Below are positions 17,745 to 26,739 of a DNA stretch of 64,000 bases, piece by piece (positions within the stretch are counted from its first letter, which is position 1; each line of letters starts with the position of its first letter). Source of the DNA: Actinomycetota bacterium (GTDB lineage: Bacteria > Actinomycetota > Nitriliruptoria > Nitriliruptorales > JAHWKO01); NCBI GenBank assembly GCA_019347675.1, contig JAHWKW010000014.1, positions 54,013 through 118,012 on the forward strand, in the 5' to 3' direction. The translations under genes and the position numbers were made by a program. The notes below the pieces were generated by a model. It worked only from the letters and a program-made list of their open reading frames with translations, was not told the DNA's origin and searched no databases.

Positions 17745-18390
17745 GACCGCGTGACCCCGCGTTCCCGTCGTCGGGCGCGAGGTGACCCTCGGCGACCGCC
17801 GCGTCGATGACGTTCTGGGCGTGATCCCACAGCGCCGGGGCCGCCTGGTGCGTGTGCCGGTTGCGGGCACGGACCTGCCCGGCCCGGATGCCGTGCTCGC
17901 GCCACGCCACGCCACCGGAGGCGTGGTTGAGCAGGATCGGCTGGAGCCGGTCGATCGCAGCTGCGAACCGTGCATCGGGGCTACGACCGGCTTCGAACTC
18001 GTCCCACAGCGCACGCCACTCGGCGGCCTGGTCGTCAGGCAATAGCGCGAACAACCGGTCAGCCGCGCCCTGCTCGCGGGTCTCCTTGCTGACACGAGCC
18101 GCGGAGTCGTAGGCGAAGGTGTCCCCGGCGTCGATCTCCACCACGTCGTGGATCAGCAACATCCGGATGACCCGCGCCACGTCGACCGGCTCGGCGGCGT
18201 GCTCCGCCAGGACGGCCGCGAACAGGGCCAGGTGCCACGAGTGCTCGGCGGAGTTCTCACGCCGGGAGCCGTCCGCGATCGTGCTACGGCGCACCACGTG
18301 CTTGAGCCGGTCGGCCTCGAGCAGGAAGGCAACCTGGTCGTCGAGCCGGGCGGCGGCCGCGTCGCCCGGACCGGCCTCAAGCACTGTCAC
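17740..18390 (-). CDS. HD domain phosphohydrolase (YfbR-like 5'-nucleotidase family)
   Basis: ENSAEHSWHLAL and LLIHDVVEIDAGD metal-binding motifs. I prefer GTG 18390 or 18384, overlapping the upstream PEBP stop. Track ORF start 18462 would overlap PEBP by 86 nt. Confidence 0.65.
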   Translation of the reverse strand: MTVLEAGPGDAAAARLDDQVAFLLEADRLKHVVRRSTIADGSRRENSAEHSWHLALFAAVLAEHAAEPVDVARVIRMLLIHDVVEIDAGDTFAYDSAARVSKETREQGAADRLFALLPDDQAAEWRALWDEFEAGRSPDARFAAAIDRLQPILLNHASGGVAWREHGIRAGQVRARNRHTHQAAPALWDHAQNVIDAAVAEGHLAPDDGNAGSRGR

Positions 18391-18877
18391 GCTGGTAGAG
18401 GCCGGTGAGCTTGCCGACCGCGATGACGTTGCTTCGCAGCGCGTCGTGCAACTGCTGGGCACTGAAGTCGTTGTCCAGGGAGAGTCCCGCGCCCGAGGCG
18501 AACACCGTGAGAACGTACCGGTGGGGCTGGTCCCCGGACGGAGGACACGGTCCGCGGTAGCCGCTGGTGGCGAAGTCGTTGACGCCGACGACCGCGCCAG
18601 TGGGGATGGCGTTCTCGTCGAGGCCCGTGCTGGCCGAGTCGATCCCGGCCATCATCCAGTGAACGAACGTGCCGCCGGGCGCGTCAGGGTCCTCACAGGA
18701 CAGCGCCAACTCGACGGTGTCTCCCGGGATGCCCCGCCACGCCAACGCCGGGGCCAGGTCCTCACCGTCGCAGGTGAAGCGCCGCGGCATCGGATCGTGG
18801 TCCTGGAACGCCGCGCACGTGAGATAGATCGTCTCGGGTGCGTCACCCGCGGCGGCCGACGGCGTCACATCGGCCAT
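18377..18877 (-). CDS. YbhB/YbcL family Raf-kinase-inhibitor-like (PEBP) protein
   Basis: DPDAPGGTFVHW and GYRGPCPPSGDQPHRY are PEBP signatures. ATG 18877 has AGGAGGG upstream. Confidence 0.75.
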   Translation of the reverse strand: MADVTPSAAAGDAPETIYLTCAAFQDHDPMPRRFTCDGEDLAPALAWRGIPGDTVELALSCEDPDAPGGTFVHWMMAGIDSASTGLDENAIPTGAVVGVNDFATSGYRGPCPPSGDQPHRYVLTVFASGAGLSLDNDFSAQQLHDALRSNVIAVGKLTGLYQRDSA

Positions 18878-19000
18878 GGTGGTTGTCCCTCCTGCCCGGT
18901 CGTCCCCAACCTGCGTGGTCCGCGCCGGCTGTGCAGCGACCGTTCGGGCAGGGAGGCTGACGCCCGCGTCCACCGGGATGCGCGGATACGGCCGCGGCGC

Positions 19001-19795
19001 TCAGGGCCGGTGCTCGGCCAGGAAGCTCTCGACGGCCGCGAGCAGCCGGTCACCGGTCAACAGGGCCGGATCGTTGTGGTCAGCGCCCGCGATCTCCACG
19101 AAGCGCTTGGGCCCGGCGGCCACCTCGTACACCCGCCGGCTCTGGTCGGGCGGCACGATGTCGTCACGTTCGCCAGCGACGACCAGGACCGGTACCGCGA
19201 CCTCGGCCACGTGGTCGACGGTGGCGTACCGGTCGCGCAGGAACCAGTCGGGCACGACCGGGTAGTGCACGCGCGCGACCTCGGCCAGCGACACGAACGG
19301 TGAACGCAGGATCAGGGCCGCCGGCGGCGTCTCGGCCGCCAGTGCCGCGGCGACCGCCGCCCCCAGGGACTCGCCGAAGTAGACCGTCCGGCGGACGTCG
19401 CCGCGGGCGTCGAGCCAGGCCCGAGCCGCCCGCGCGTCGGCCAGGAGGCCGCGCTCGGTCGGACGGCCGGGGTTCCCGCCGTATCCCCGGTAGTCCACCA
19501 GCAGCGCCGACAGGCCGAACTGGGCCAGGGCCGACGCGAGCGGGGCGCGCCCCGACCGGTTGCCAGCGTTGCCGTGCAGGACCATCACCGCCACGGTCGC
19601 GCCGGGCACGGGCAACCACCATGCAGCCAGCCGCAGACCATCCTCGGTCGCCAGCGTGACGTCCTCGGCGCCTGCCAGCACGTCCGCCACCGACGGGAGC
19701 CGCTGGGTGGGCAGGTACACCAGACGCCGCTGGCCGAGCCAGGCGGCACCGACGAACGCGGCCGCCGCCCCGAGCAGCCCGCCGATCACCCCCAT
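19001..19795 (-). CDS. alpha/beta hydrolase
   Basis: N-terminal TM helix, HGNAGNRSGR, and nucleophile elbow GESLGA. ATG 19795 is preferred over 19849. Confidence 0.7.
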   Translation of the reverse strand: MGVIGGLLGAAAAFVGAAWLGQRRLVYLPTQRLPSVADVLAGAEDVTLATEDGLRLAAWWLPVPGATVAVMVLHGNAGNRSGRAPLASALAQFGLSALLVDYRGYGGNPGRPTERGLLADARAARAWLDARGDVRRTVYFGESLGAAVAAALAAETPPAALILRSPFVSLAEVARVHYPVVPDWFLRDRYATVDHVAEVAVPVLVVAGERDDIVPPDQSRRVYEVAAGPKRFVEIAGADHNDPALLTGDRLLAAVESFLAEHRP

Positions 19796-19908
19796 GTCAA
19801 GCGACCCTAACGGCGCGAGGCGAGCCGGCGTGGTCCGTCCACCACGCACCTTGTGTTCGCCGCGCCCGACTGCAAGCGTGGAGTCATTCGTGACGACAAG
19901 GAGCTTGC

Positions 19909-20286
19909 ATGCCCTGGGATCTCACCATCGAACTCCCCAACCAGCCGGGCACGCTGGCGGACGTGGCCGAACAGTTGGCCGCCGCCCGCATCAACATCGA
20001 AGGGGTCGCCGCCGTCCCGGTCGGTGCGCACTCCGAGGTCCACTTCCTCGTCGATGAACCGGGCGAAGCACGTCAGGTCCTGGAGGAGTCCGGGATCCCG
20101 GTGCTCCACGACCGGGAGGTGCTGGTCATCGACTGCCCCGACCGGCCCGGCGAGCTGGCTGCGCGCGCTCGCGCACTGGGCAACGCCGGGATCAACATCG
20201 ACATCCTCTACATCGCGACCCGAACCCGACTGGTCATCGGTGTGGTCAACGTCACCGAAGCAGCAGCGGCGCTGCCGGACGCCTGA
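19909..20286 (+). CDS. ACT domain-containing protein (two ACT-like halves)
   Basis: A 125-aa protein. The pattern NQPGTLADV...INIEG is repeated as DRPGELAAR...INIDI. AAGGAG-like RBS upstream. Confidence 0.6.
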   Translation: MPWDLTIELPNQPGTLADVAEQLAAARINIEGVAAVPVGAHSEVHFLVDEPGEARQVLEESGIPVLHDREVLVIDCPDRPGELAARARALGNAGINIDILYIATRTRLVIGVVNVTEAAAALPDA

Positions 20287-20363
20287 GCTGCCGTCCCCGG
20301 CCCCGACCCCGAGCCTGACCGACGGGGCTTCTGGCGGGCCGACGCGATCAGGCCGCTTCGGGA

Positions 20364-21917
20364 TCACCGCAGCAGGCCGTGCGGGTCGGTGCGCAGCGGC
20401 CGGGCGCGGTCGGGGCGGCTGCCCGGGCTCGGCTGGTAGTCGGGGGCGCCGATGGCGGTGACCAGCATCGGCTCGGCGTCGGTCCCGAACGTGCGCCGGA
20501 CCTCGTCGTCGTAGAACGTCAGGCCGGTGCCGCCAGCGCCGAGCGCGAAGGACGCGAGCTGCAGCCGCCCCGCCGCGATCCCGGCTTCGAGCTGCACGAC
20601 GCGGTAGGCGCGTGCTCCTCCGGCCTCCAGGAGCGGATCGAGCGTGGCGCTGTGGAAGGTGGTGAAGGCAGAGGAGCCGCCCAGCGGCTGGTCGAGGCAG
20701 AGGTGCGCCGTGCGCCTGCGGTCGATGTCGACCGGGAGGCGCTCGAGCCCCGCGGCGGTCCAGCGGTAGGCGCCCGCGTCGACGCCGGTGACGGCGTGGA
20801 CGGCCACCAGGTGCTCTGCCCACCCGGCACCGGCGTCGGCCGTGTCGCGTCGGGGCGGCCGCGCCGCGACCGTCAGCCCGAAGTCCAGCAGGTCGCGGGG
20901 GACGTCCGCGTCCAGGTCGAAGCGTCGGGTCGATCCGCGGCGCAGGATCACCTCCTCCACCGTCCCTACGGCGGTGTCGGGGACACCCGGCGTCGCGGAC
21001 GCAAGCTCGGGGGCGCGCTGGCTCAGGTGGCGACGCCAGTCGCTGACCGCTTCGCGGTCGGCGAGATCGCCGGCGTGGTGGGCCGCGAGTGCGTCGGGTT
21101 CGGGGATCTCCTCGCGCGACAGCGGCGTGACCGCGTGTTCGACGAGCGCCAGCTCGCGGTCGGGTGCGCTCCGATCTCCGTGCGGACCGACCGGCACGAC
21201 GGCGAGCGGCAGCTCCGTGAAGGGTGTGGGCGGACCCAGTCCGAGCAGGTGGCTGACCCGCTCGTCGACGAAGCCGGTCACGACCTGCAGCGGCCACCCG
21301 GCCGCGCCGGTCGCCACGGTTGCGTTGGACAGGATGGTGCCGGCGTCCCAGAACAGGTGGCGGTACCCGCGCGCCCCGTACTTCCAGGTGGTGCGCCACG
21401 GGATGCCGGTAAGGACCAGGCTGAGCGGGGCGCGGGCCACCTCGTCGGAGGCTGCAGCGCGTGACAGGGCGCCGCGGACGTCGCCGTCGCGGAGCCGGTG
21501 CAGCGCGAATGCGATCGGTTCGAGGTGGTACAGCCCCGCGGGCAGGCCCGGCAGGTCCGCGCAGGCGACGTACACCTCGATCGGGTACAGCGCGCCGGCT
21601 GACGGGGCAGCGCGGAACGCCACCGTCTGCTCGGGGAACCGCATCGTCCTGGTGACGCCGGCGGACAGGAACAGCAGCCGAGCCAGCGCACGTACATCGA
21701 CGGGGCGTGGCTCGGGTGCAGCCTGGCCGGCCAGCACCGCTGCGGCACCGAACTCCGGCTCGTCCCAGTCGACCGGGAGGGCAGTCGGCTCGAGCTGCGG
21801 GTACCGCTTGGCGGGCAGCGGCCGATTCGACGGATCCATGCGCCGGGCACCGGAGTGCACGCTGACCGGGGAATGCTTGGTGCGGTCGTGGAAGTCCCGT
21901 GCCACGTCTGCGCTCAT
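20364..21917 (-). CDS. SagB/ThcOx-type tandem nitroreductase-fold dehydrogenase
   Basis: N-terminus DFHDRTKHS, then two nitroreductase-like halves (RAAPSAGALYPIEVY and a C-terminal GTGLTFYDDEV). ATG 21917. The remainder of track ORF 20364..22976 is antisense to the MFS gene. Confidence 0.7.
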   Translation of the reverse strand: MSADVARDFHDRTKHSPVSVHSGARRMDPSNRPLPAKRYPQLEPTALPVDWDEPEFGAAAVLAGQAAPEPRPVDVRALARLLFLSAGVTRTMRFPEQTVAFRAAPSAGALYPIEVYVACADLPGLPAGLYHLEPIAFALHRLRDGDVRGALSRAAASDEVARAPLSLVLTGIPWRTTWKYGARGYRHLFWDAGTILSNATVATGAAGWPLQVVTGFVDERVSHLLGLGPPTPFTELPLAVVPVGPHGDRSAPDRELALVEHAVTPLSREEIPEPDALAAHHAGDLADREAVSDWRRHLSQRAPELASATPGVPDTAVGTVEEVILRRGSTRRFDLDADVPRDLLDFGLTVAARPPRRDTADAGAGWAEHLVAVHAVTGVDAGAYRWTAAGLERLPVDIDRRRTAHLCLDQPLGGSSAFTTFHSATLDPLLEAGGARAYRVVQLEAGIAAGRLQLASFALGAGGTGLTFYDDEVRRTFGTDAEPMLVTAIGAPDYQPSPGSRPDRARPLRTDPHGLLR

Positions 21918-21992
21918 GGCCAGACCGTAGTCGCACGATGTCTCACTCCAGCGATGTCGCAGCAGGTCGACGCCGGCTGCTAGACCAGCGCC

Positions 21993-23183
21993 GTGCCGAC
22001 CGAGCCCCGCCCCGCCGCCCCCGCGTCGCTCGTTCCGGCACTGACGTTCCTCAGCGCGGTGCGTCTTGTGACCAACACGGGTTACCGGTTCCTGTACCCG
22101 TTCCTTCCGGTGGTGGCCCGCGGGCTGGGCGTCTCGCTGGAACGCGCCGGGCTGTTGATCTCCGGCTTGTCGCTGGCGGGCCTGACCACCCCTGCGGTGG
22201 CCGCGCTCAACGCCCGGAGAGGCGAACGTCATCGTCGACTCGCCACGGTGGGGCTGCTTGCGTTCGCAGCCGGGGCTGCTCTGGCGGCGGCGACCACCGT
22301 GTACGTGGCGGTGCTGGCAGGCTTCGTGCTGCTCGGAGCCGCGAAGCCGGTCTACGACGTGGCCGCCCACTCCTACCTCGCTGAACGCACCCCGTACGCG
22401 CGACGCGCCCGGATCCTGGCTGTCATCGAGCTGACCTGGGCAGGGGCGCTGCTGATCGGCGCACCGGCGACGGGATGGCTGATCCACCGGGCGGGTTGGC
22501 GTGCGCCGCTGTGGGTGTTCGCCGCACTGGGAGGCCTCTCGCTGGTGGCCGTCCCGTGGGCGCTGGACCCGGACCGCCCGGAAGCCGAGCCCGGGACCCG
22601 GACCGCCCTGATCCTGGATCGCAGCAGCGTCGCGCTGCTGGTCGTCACCACGCTGTTCAGCTACGGCGCCGAGGTCACGTTCGTGGTGTTCGGGGCGTGG
22701 CTGGAGCGCGACTTCGGCGTGTCCGTGCTCGGGCTCGGGGCGTTGTCGACGCTGATCGGAGTGGCCGAGCTGCTGGGGTCGAGCGGCGTGGTCGCCTTCG
22801 GCGACCGGATCGGGAAGCGCCCCTCGGTCACGTGGGGTCTGCTCCTGGCGATCGTGGGGTTCGCGGCTCTTCCGTTGACCGACGACCTGGCCCCCGGTCT
22901 GGCCGCACTGGCGCTGGCGCTGTTCGGATTCGAGTTCACGATCGTGTCGGCGATCCCGCTGGCGAGCGAGGCTCATCCCCAGGCACGCAGCCGCTACCTC
23001 GCCCTGATGGTCGCCGCGATCTCGCTGCCGCGGGCGGTTGCGGCCGCCACCGGCCCGGCGCTGTTCACGCGTGTGGGGCTGGCCGGGAACGCCGCAGTCG
23101 CGGTCGGCGCCAACCTGGCTGCCCTGATGGTGCTGCGCCGGTTCGTTGCCGACCGCCCCCCCGAGGGTGGCGACGGGACGTGA
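21993..23183 (+). CDS. MFS transporter
   Basis: About 12 predicted hydrophobic helices with a loop motif GERHRR between TM2 and TM3. 396 aa. Confidence 0.75.
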   Translation: MPTEPRPAAPASLVPALTFLSAVRLVTNTGYRFLYPFLPVVARGLGVSLERAGLLISGLSLAGLTTPAVAALNARRGERHRRLATVGLLAFAAGAALAAATTVYVAVLAGFVLLGAAKPVYDVAAHSYLAERTPYARRARILAVIELTWAGALLIGAPATGWLIHRAGWRAPLWVFAALGGLSLVAVPWALDPDRPEAEPGTRTALILDRSSVALLVVTTLFSYGAEVTFVVFGAWLERDFGVSVLGLGALSTLIGVAELLGSSGVVAFGDRIGKRPSVTWGLLLAIVGFAALPLTDDLAPGLAALALALFGFEFTIVSAIPLASEAHPQARSRYLALMVAAISLPRAVAAATGPALFTRVGLAGNAAVAVGANLAALMVLRRFVADRPPEGGDGT

Positions 23184-23221
23184 GCCGCCCGGGCTCGGTG
23201 ACGTGCCGGGTGTGCGACGTG

Positions 23222-24364
23222 TCAGACGTGTTCGGTGTCGCGCGGGTCGCGGAGCTCGCCGAACTCCAGCAGTCGGGTCACGTCGGCCGGTGAGATGATC
23301 CCGATGATCTCGCCGCCGTCGACCACGATGACCCGCCCGTCCGCGCAGCCGCGCATGCGTGGAAGCACGCTGGTCAGGGTCTCGTCAGGGTCGGCGGTGG
23401 GGACGTCGCCGGGGTCACACGCGACCGTGCGGATCGACGTCCGTCCACGTTCCTCGGCAGGGACACGCTTGACCCGCCGCAACGTGACGATGCCCGCGGG
23501 GCGCCCCTCCTCGTCGACCATCGGGAAGGTGGAGTGGCGGTGTGCGAAGACGTAGTCGTCGAGGAACCGCTGGACGTTCAGGCTGCGCGGCACCACGACC
23601 GGGTCGGCCGTCATCGCATCCCGCACCGTGAGGCCCCCCAGGGCTCCCCGCAGCCGGGCGTGTTGCTCCTCACTGCCGGCCGCGGTGATCAGGAACCAGC
23701 CGATCAGCATCAGCCAAAGGCCTCCGATCCCCAACCCGAACGCGAACTCTGCGAGCCCGAGCGCGATCAACGCCCACCCGAAGGCCTTCCCGGCACGTGC
23801 GGCGGTGATGGTGGCGCTGAGACGGTCCCGACGGCGACGCCACAGGAACGCGCGGAGGATGCGGCCGCCGTCCAGCGGCGCCGCCGGGACCAGGTTGAAG
23901 ATCGCCAGCGCGACGTTGATCGCCGACAGCCACGAGAAGACGCCGCCGACGATGCCAGCTTCCCCCATCCCGACCAGGACGAACACGACGAAGAACACGA
24001 CAGCGACGATGATGCTGACCAGCGGACCGACCCCCGCGATGCGCAGCTCCGCACCCGGATCGGCTGCCTCACCACCGAGGCGAGCCACACCGCCGAACAG
24101 CCACAGCGTGATGCCCTCCACTTCCAACCCGTTGCGCTGCGCGACGATCGCATGTGCGACCTCGTGAGCCAGCAGCGACAGGAAGAACAGGACGGCGGCG
24201 ACCCCTCCGGCCACCACGTACGTGACGGTGGACTGCTCCGGGTACGCCGCCGGGAACCGCCCGGCGGACAGGACGAACCAGATCAACGCGAAGATGGCGA
24301 GCACGCTCCAGTTGATCCCGACCGCGACGCCCGCGATGCGACCCAGCCGCAGGCTCTCCTCCAT
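23222..24364 (-). CDS. site-2 protease (M50) family protein with C-terminal CBS pair
   Basis: HEVAHAIV (HExxH) in a TM helix, PAAPLDGGR (the second M50 motif), and a CBS-like C-terminus. ATG 24364 has GGGAGGAG upstream. Confidence 0.8.
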   Translation of the reverse strand: MEESLRLGRIAGVAVGINWSVLAIFALIWFVLSAGRFPAAYPEQSTVTYVVAGGVAAVLFFLSLLAHEVAHAIVAQRNGLEVEGITLWLFGGVARLGGEAADPGAELRIAGVGPLVSIIVAVVFFVVFVLVGMGEAGIVGGVFSWLSAINVALAIFNLVPAAPLDGGRILRAFLWRRRRDRLSATITAARAGKAFGWALIALGLAEFAFGLGIGGLWLMLIGWFLITAAGSEEQHARLRGALGGLTVRDAMTADPVVVPRSLNVQRFLDDYVFAHRHSTFPMVDEEGRPAGIVTLRRVKRVPAEERGRTSIRTVACDPGDVPTADPDETLTSVLPRMRGCADGRVIVVDGGEIIGIISPADVTRLLEFGELRDPRDTEHV

Positions 24365-24495
24365 CGCTCCTCCCACGAGCGGGTGCAGCAACCCTACGGT
24401 AAGGCAGCTCGATCGCAGGCACGACGGACGGTCGGGGCGTCCCGTCGAGAGGGAGGGTGGTCCCCGTACCGTGGAAGCACGAACGAGGAGAGCGC

Positions 24496-24843
24496 ATGCG
24501 GATCGACGACTACGAGTACGGACGCATCGTCATCGACGGCCGCGAGGAGCGCAACGACGTGATCCTCGTCGACGGCACGGTGCACGCCAACTGGTGGCGC
24601 GACGAGGGCCACCGCCTGCAGGTCGACGACCTCCAGCCGGTGCTGGACGCCGAACCCGATCTGCTGGTGGTCGGGACCGGCACGGCAGGCAACATGCGAC
24701 CCGCCTCGGAGCTGGAAGGCCAGCTGCGGTCACGCGGGATCGACGTCGAGGCGATGCCCTCACCACAGGCGGTCAGCCGCTACAACGAGCTGTTGCGGGC
24801 CGGCGACCGCGATGTCGCGCTGGCCATCCACCTGACCTGCTAG
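24496..24843 (+). CDS. Mth938-like domain protein (DUF498 family)
   Basis: YGRIVIDGREERNDVIL, then LLVVGTGTAG. ATG 24496 has GAGGAG upstream. Confidence 0.6.
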   Translation: MRIDDYEYGRIVIDGREERNDVILVDGTVHANWWRDEGHRLQVDDLQPVLDAEPDLLVVGTGTAGNMRPASELEGQLRSRGIDVEAMPSPQAVSRYNELLRAGDRDVALAIHLTC

Positions 24844-24846
24844 CGG

Positions 24847-25026
24847 CTACGACACGACCTTGAGGTGGCCGCCGGCCGGCTCGAAGATGGACTGGTGACC
24901 GTCTTCCCAGGTCACCTCGATCTTCAGCGGGTCCTGCTGCAGGACCTCGTTCACCGTGCCGCGGCGTGGGGGGACACCAACCTTGTTCGACGGGATCTCG
25001 ATCGTGTCGCCGGCGTGGACCTCCAT
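24847..25026 (-). CDS. DUF1918-like small protein (59 aa, below ORF-track cut-off)
   Basis: My own translation: MEVHAGDTIEIPSNKVGVPPRRGTVNEVLQQDPLKIEVTWEDGHQSIFEPAGGHLKVVS. AGGAGGGA sits 6 nt upstream of the ATG, and the codons are GC3-rich. Confidence 0.6.
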   Translation of the reverse strand: MEVHAGDTIEIPSNKVGVPPRRGTVNEVLQQDPLKIEVTWEDGHQSIFEPAGGHLKVVS

Positions 25027-25299
25027 CGCGTTCCCTCCTGACGGCCAGTCGGGTTCGGCTGCCGTTCACCGTACTGCGGAGCGGAGTGGTGAACCAGACG
25101 CCAATGCATCGTCCGGCCAGCCTCGTCCCGGTCGTGGTCGACGGCGCGTCCCTCCCGATCGATCGCGGGCGCACCGACCGGCCCGCCCGACCGTGCCGCC
25201 AGCCCGCTGGGCTCGCGACTAGGTTCGTCAGGCGATGGGCAACGCGGCGCTCCACGACCATCGCCTCGACGCCCGGACGAGCGTCACGGGGCACAGTCG

Positions 25300-26040
25300 G
25301 TGGTGACCCGGGTGACGTTCCTGGGCACCGGCGCCAGCGGCGGCACACCGGGGTCAGGGCGGTCGCGGCGGGGAGAGAGCTCAGCGCTGGCCGTGGCCGG
25401 CGACGTCTCGGTCATGATCGACGTGACCAACCACTTCGACGAGCAGAGCGAGCTGGTCGACCGCCTCGATGCCGTCCTGGTCACCCACGCGCACCGGGAC
25501 GCCTCGGGCGGGATCCCGGCTCTGGACCGCTGGCTCGACGACCACAGGCAGGCGCCGGTGCCGGTGCTCGCGAGCCCGGAGGCGGTCGGCGTGCTCCGCG
25601 AGCGTCGCGCGGACCTCGGCCTCTGCGATCTCCAGCCGGTGCATCCGGGCCAGCGCCGCAACGTCGGTCCCTGGCGCATCACCGCCGTGGAGGTACCCCA
25701 CGCCCGCGATCAGCGCTTCCGGACGTTCGCCTGGCGCCTCCAGCGCGACGACACGGTGTTGGTGTACGCATCGGACGTCGCCGAGCTGACCGAGGACCTG
25801 GCCGAGGCGACGCGCGGCGCTGATCTGCTGGCACTCGACGGGGCGATGTACGGCCGGAGCCTGTTCAGCCACCTGCGCATCGACGAAGCCCTCCCGGTGG
25901 TGTGCAGATGGGACGTCGACCGGATCCTGCTGACACAGATCGGCCGGACCGCCCCGGCCCACGACGAACTGGTCGAGGTCGCCGCGGCGCTGTGCGAGCG
26001 TGCGGCCCCGGCGTACGACGGGCTGACCGTGGAGCTGTGA
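25300..26040 (+). CDS. MBL fold metallo-hydrolase
   Basis: FLGTGASGG, VLVTHAHRDASGG (HxHxD-type motif), and a length of about 245 aa. Confidence 0.7.
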   Translation: MVTRVTFLGTGASGGTPGSGRSRRGESSALAVAGDVSVMIDVTNHFDEQSELVDRLDAVLVTHAHRDASGGIPALDRWLDDHRQAPVPVLASPEAVGVLRERRADLGLCDLQPVHPGQRRNVGPWRITAVEVPHARDQRFRTFAWRLQRDDTVLVYASDVAELTEDLAEATRGADLLALDGAMYGRSLFSHLRIDEALPVVCRWDVDRILLTQIGRTAPAHDELVEVAAALCERAAPAYDGLTVEL

Positions 26041-26100
26041 CGCCAGCCGGCGTGCCCGGCGACGGGCCGGTGACGCGCTGGCGACGTGAGTTTCGCTGGG

Positions 26101-26655
26101 TTACCGCTGCTGCCAGGGACCGGTGGGACGCTCTGCCGGTCCCTCACCGCCGCCCTGCTGCCCCGGGCCGGTCGGCGCCTGCGCCGGCTCACGGCCGGCT
26201 TCCCGGCGCGACCCTCCCCCGGACGAACCGCGGCGAGCGATCGGGCCGTACCGCAGCGACAGGATCACCAACGCGATCGCCCCGAGCATCAGGCCGAAGT
26301 CACGCAGAGCGATGTCCCAGTACTCACCCTCGGTGAACCCCACGATGACGAGGTTGGTGACGATCGTGCCGAGCCAGATGGCGACCAGCCCGCCCCCGAT
26401 GCTGGGCGCGACGGCGACGGTCAGGCCGGCGAGGATCTCCACCACCCCAACCGCCATCATGATCTGCACATCGGTTCCGGGCAGGGTGTCCGCGACCCCC
26501 TGCCAGAGGTACTTCTCCCAATCCACCATGAGGTTGAAGAACTTGTCCAGGCCGAAGAGGATCGGGGCGACCGTGAAGCCCACCCGCAGCAGCGTGAAGG
26601 CGGCGAACCCGGGGTCTCGGAGGTCCTGCGCACCGACGTTCGATCGAGATGCCAT
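26101..26655 (-). CDS. DoxX-like small membrane protein with Gly/Pro-rich tail
   Basis: ATG 26655 (GAGAGG upstream). It has four hydrophobic helices, including FGLDKFFNLMVDW and VGVVEILAGL. The rest of track ORF 26101..26856 is upstream junk. Confidence 0.55.
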   Translation of the reverse strand: MASRSNVGAQDLRDPGFAAFTLLRVGFTVAPILFGLDKFFNLMVDWEKYLWQGVADTLPGTDVQIMMAVGVVEILAGLTVAVAPSIGGGLVAIWLGTIVTNLVIVGFTEGEYWDIALRDFGLMLGAIALVILSLRYGPIARRGSSGGGSRREAGREPAQAPTGPGQQGGGEGPAERPTGPWQQR

Positions 26656-26665
26656 GCCAACCTCT

Positions 26666-26695
26666 CGATAAAAACTAGGTACGTTTACTTTATCG
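26666..26695. promoter_or_regulatory. inverted repeat CGATAAA-N16-TTTATCG in the AT-rich divergent DoxX/HTH promoter region
   Basis: Perfect 7-bp arms at 26666-26672 and 26689-26695. This is the only clearly AT-rich stretch I noticed in the window. Confidence 0.3.
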
Positions 26696-26739
26696 GAGGT
26701 GCGATCGGAGCACAAGGTCGGTGATGTGGGAGGTGTTCC

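Noticed and set aside
21918-22976. N-terminal 350 aa of the 870-aa track ORF 20364..22976(-).
   Set aside because: This part is antisense to a convincing MFS transporter and is Arg/Gly/His-rich junk. The SagB-like homology starts at ATG 21917 (MSADVARDFHDRTKHS).
25027-25299. 273-nt gap upstream of the MBL hydrolase gene, examined for a riboswitch, sRNA or small ORF.
   Set aside because: I recognised no conserved riboswitch core. The only ORF (23 codons, MGNAALHDHRLDARTSVTGHSRW) has no SD and overlaps the hydrolase start.
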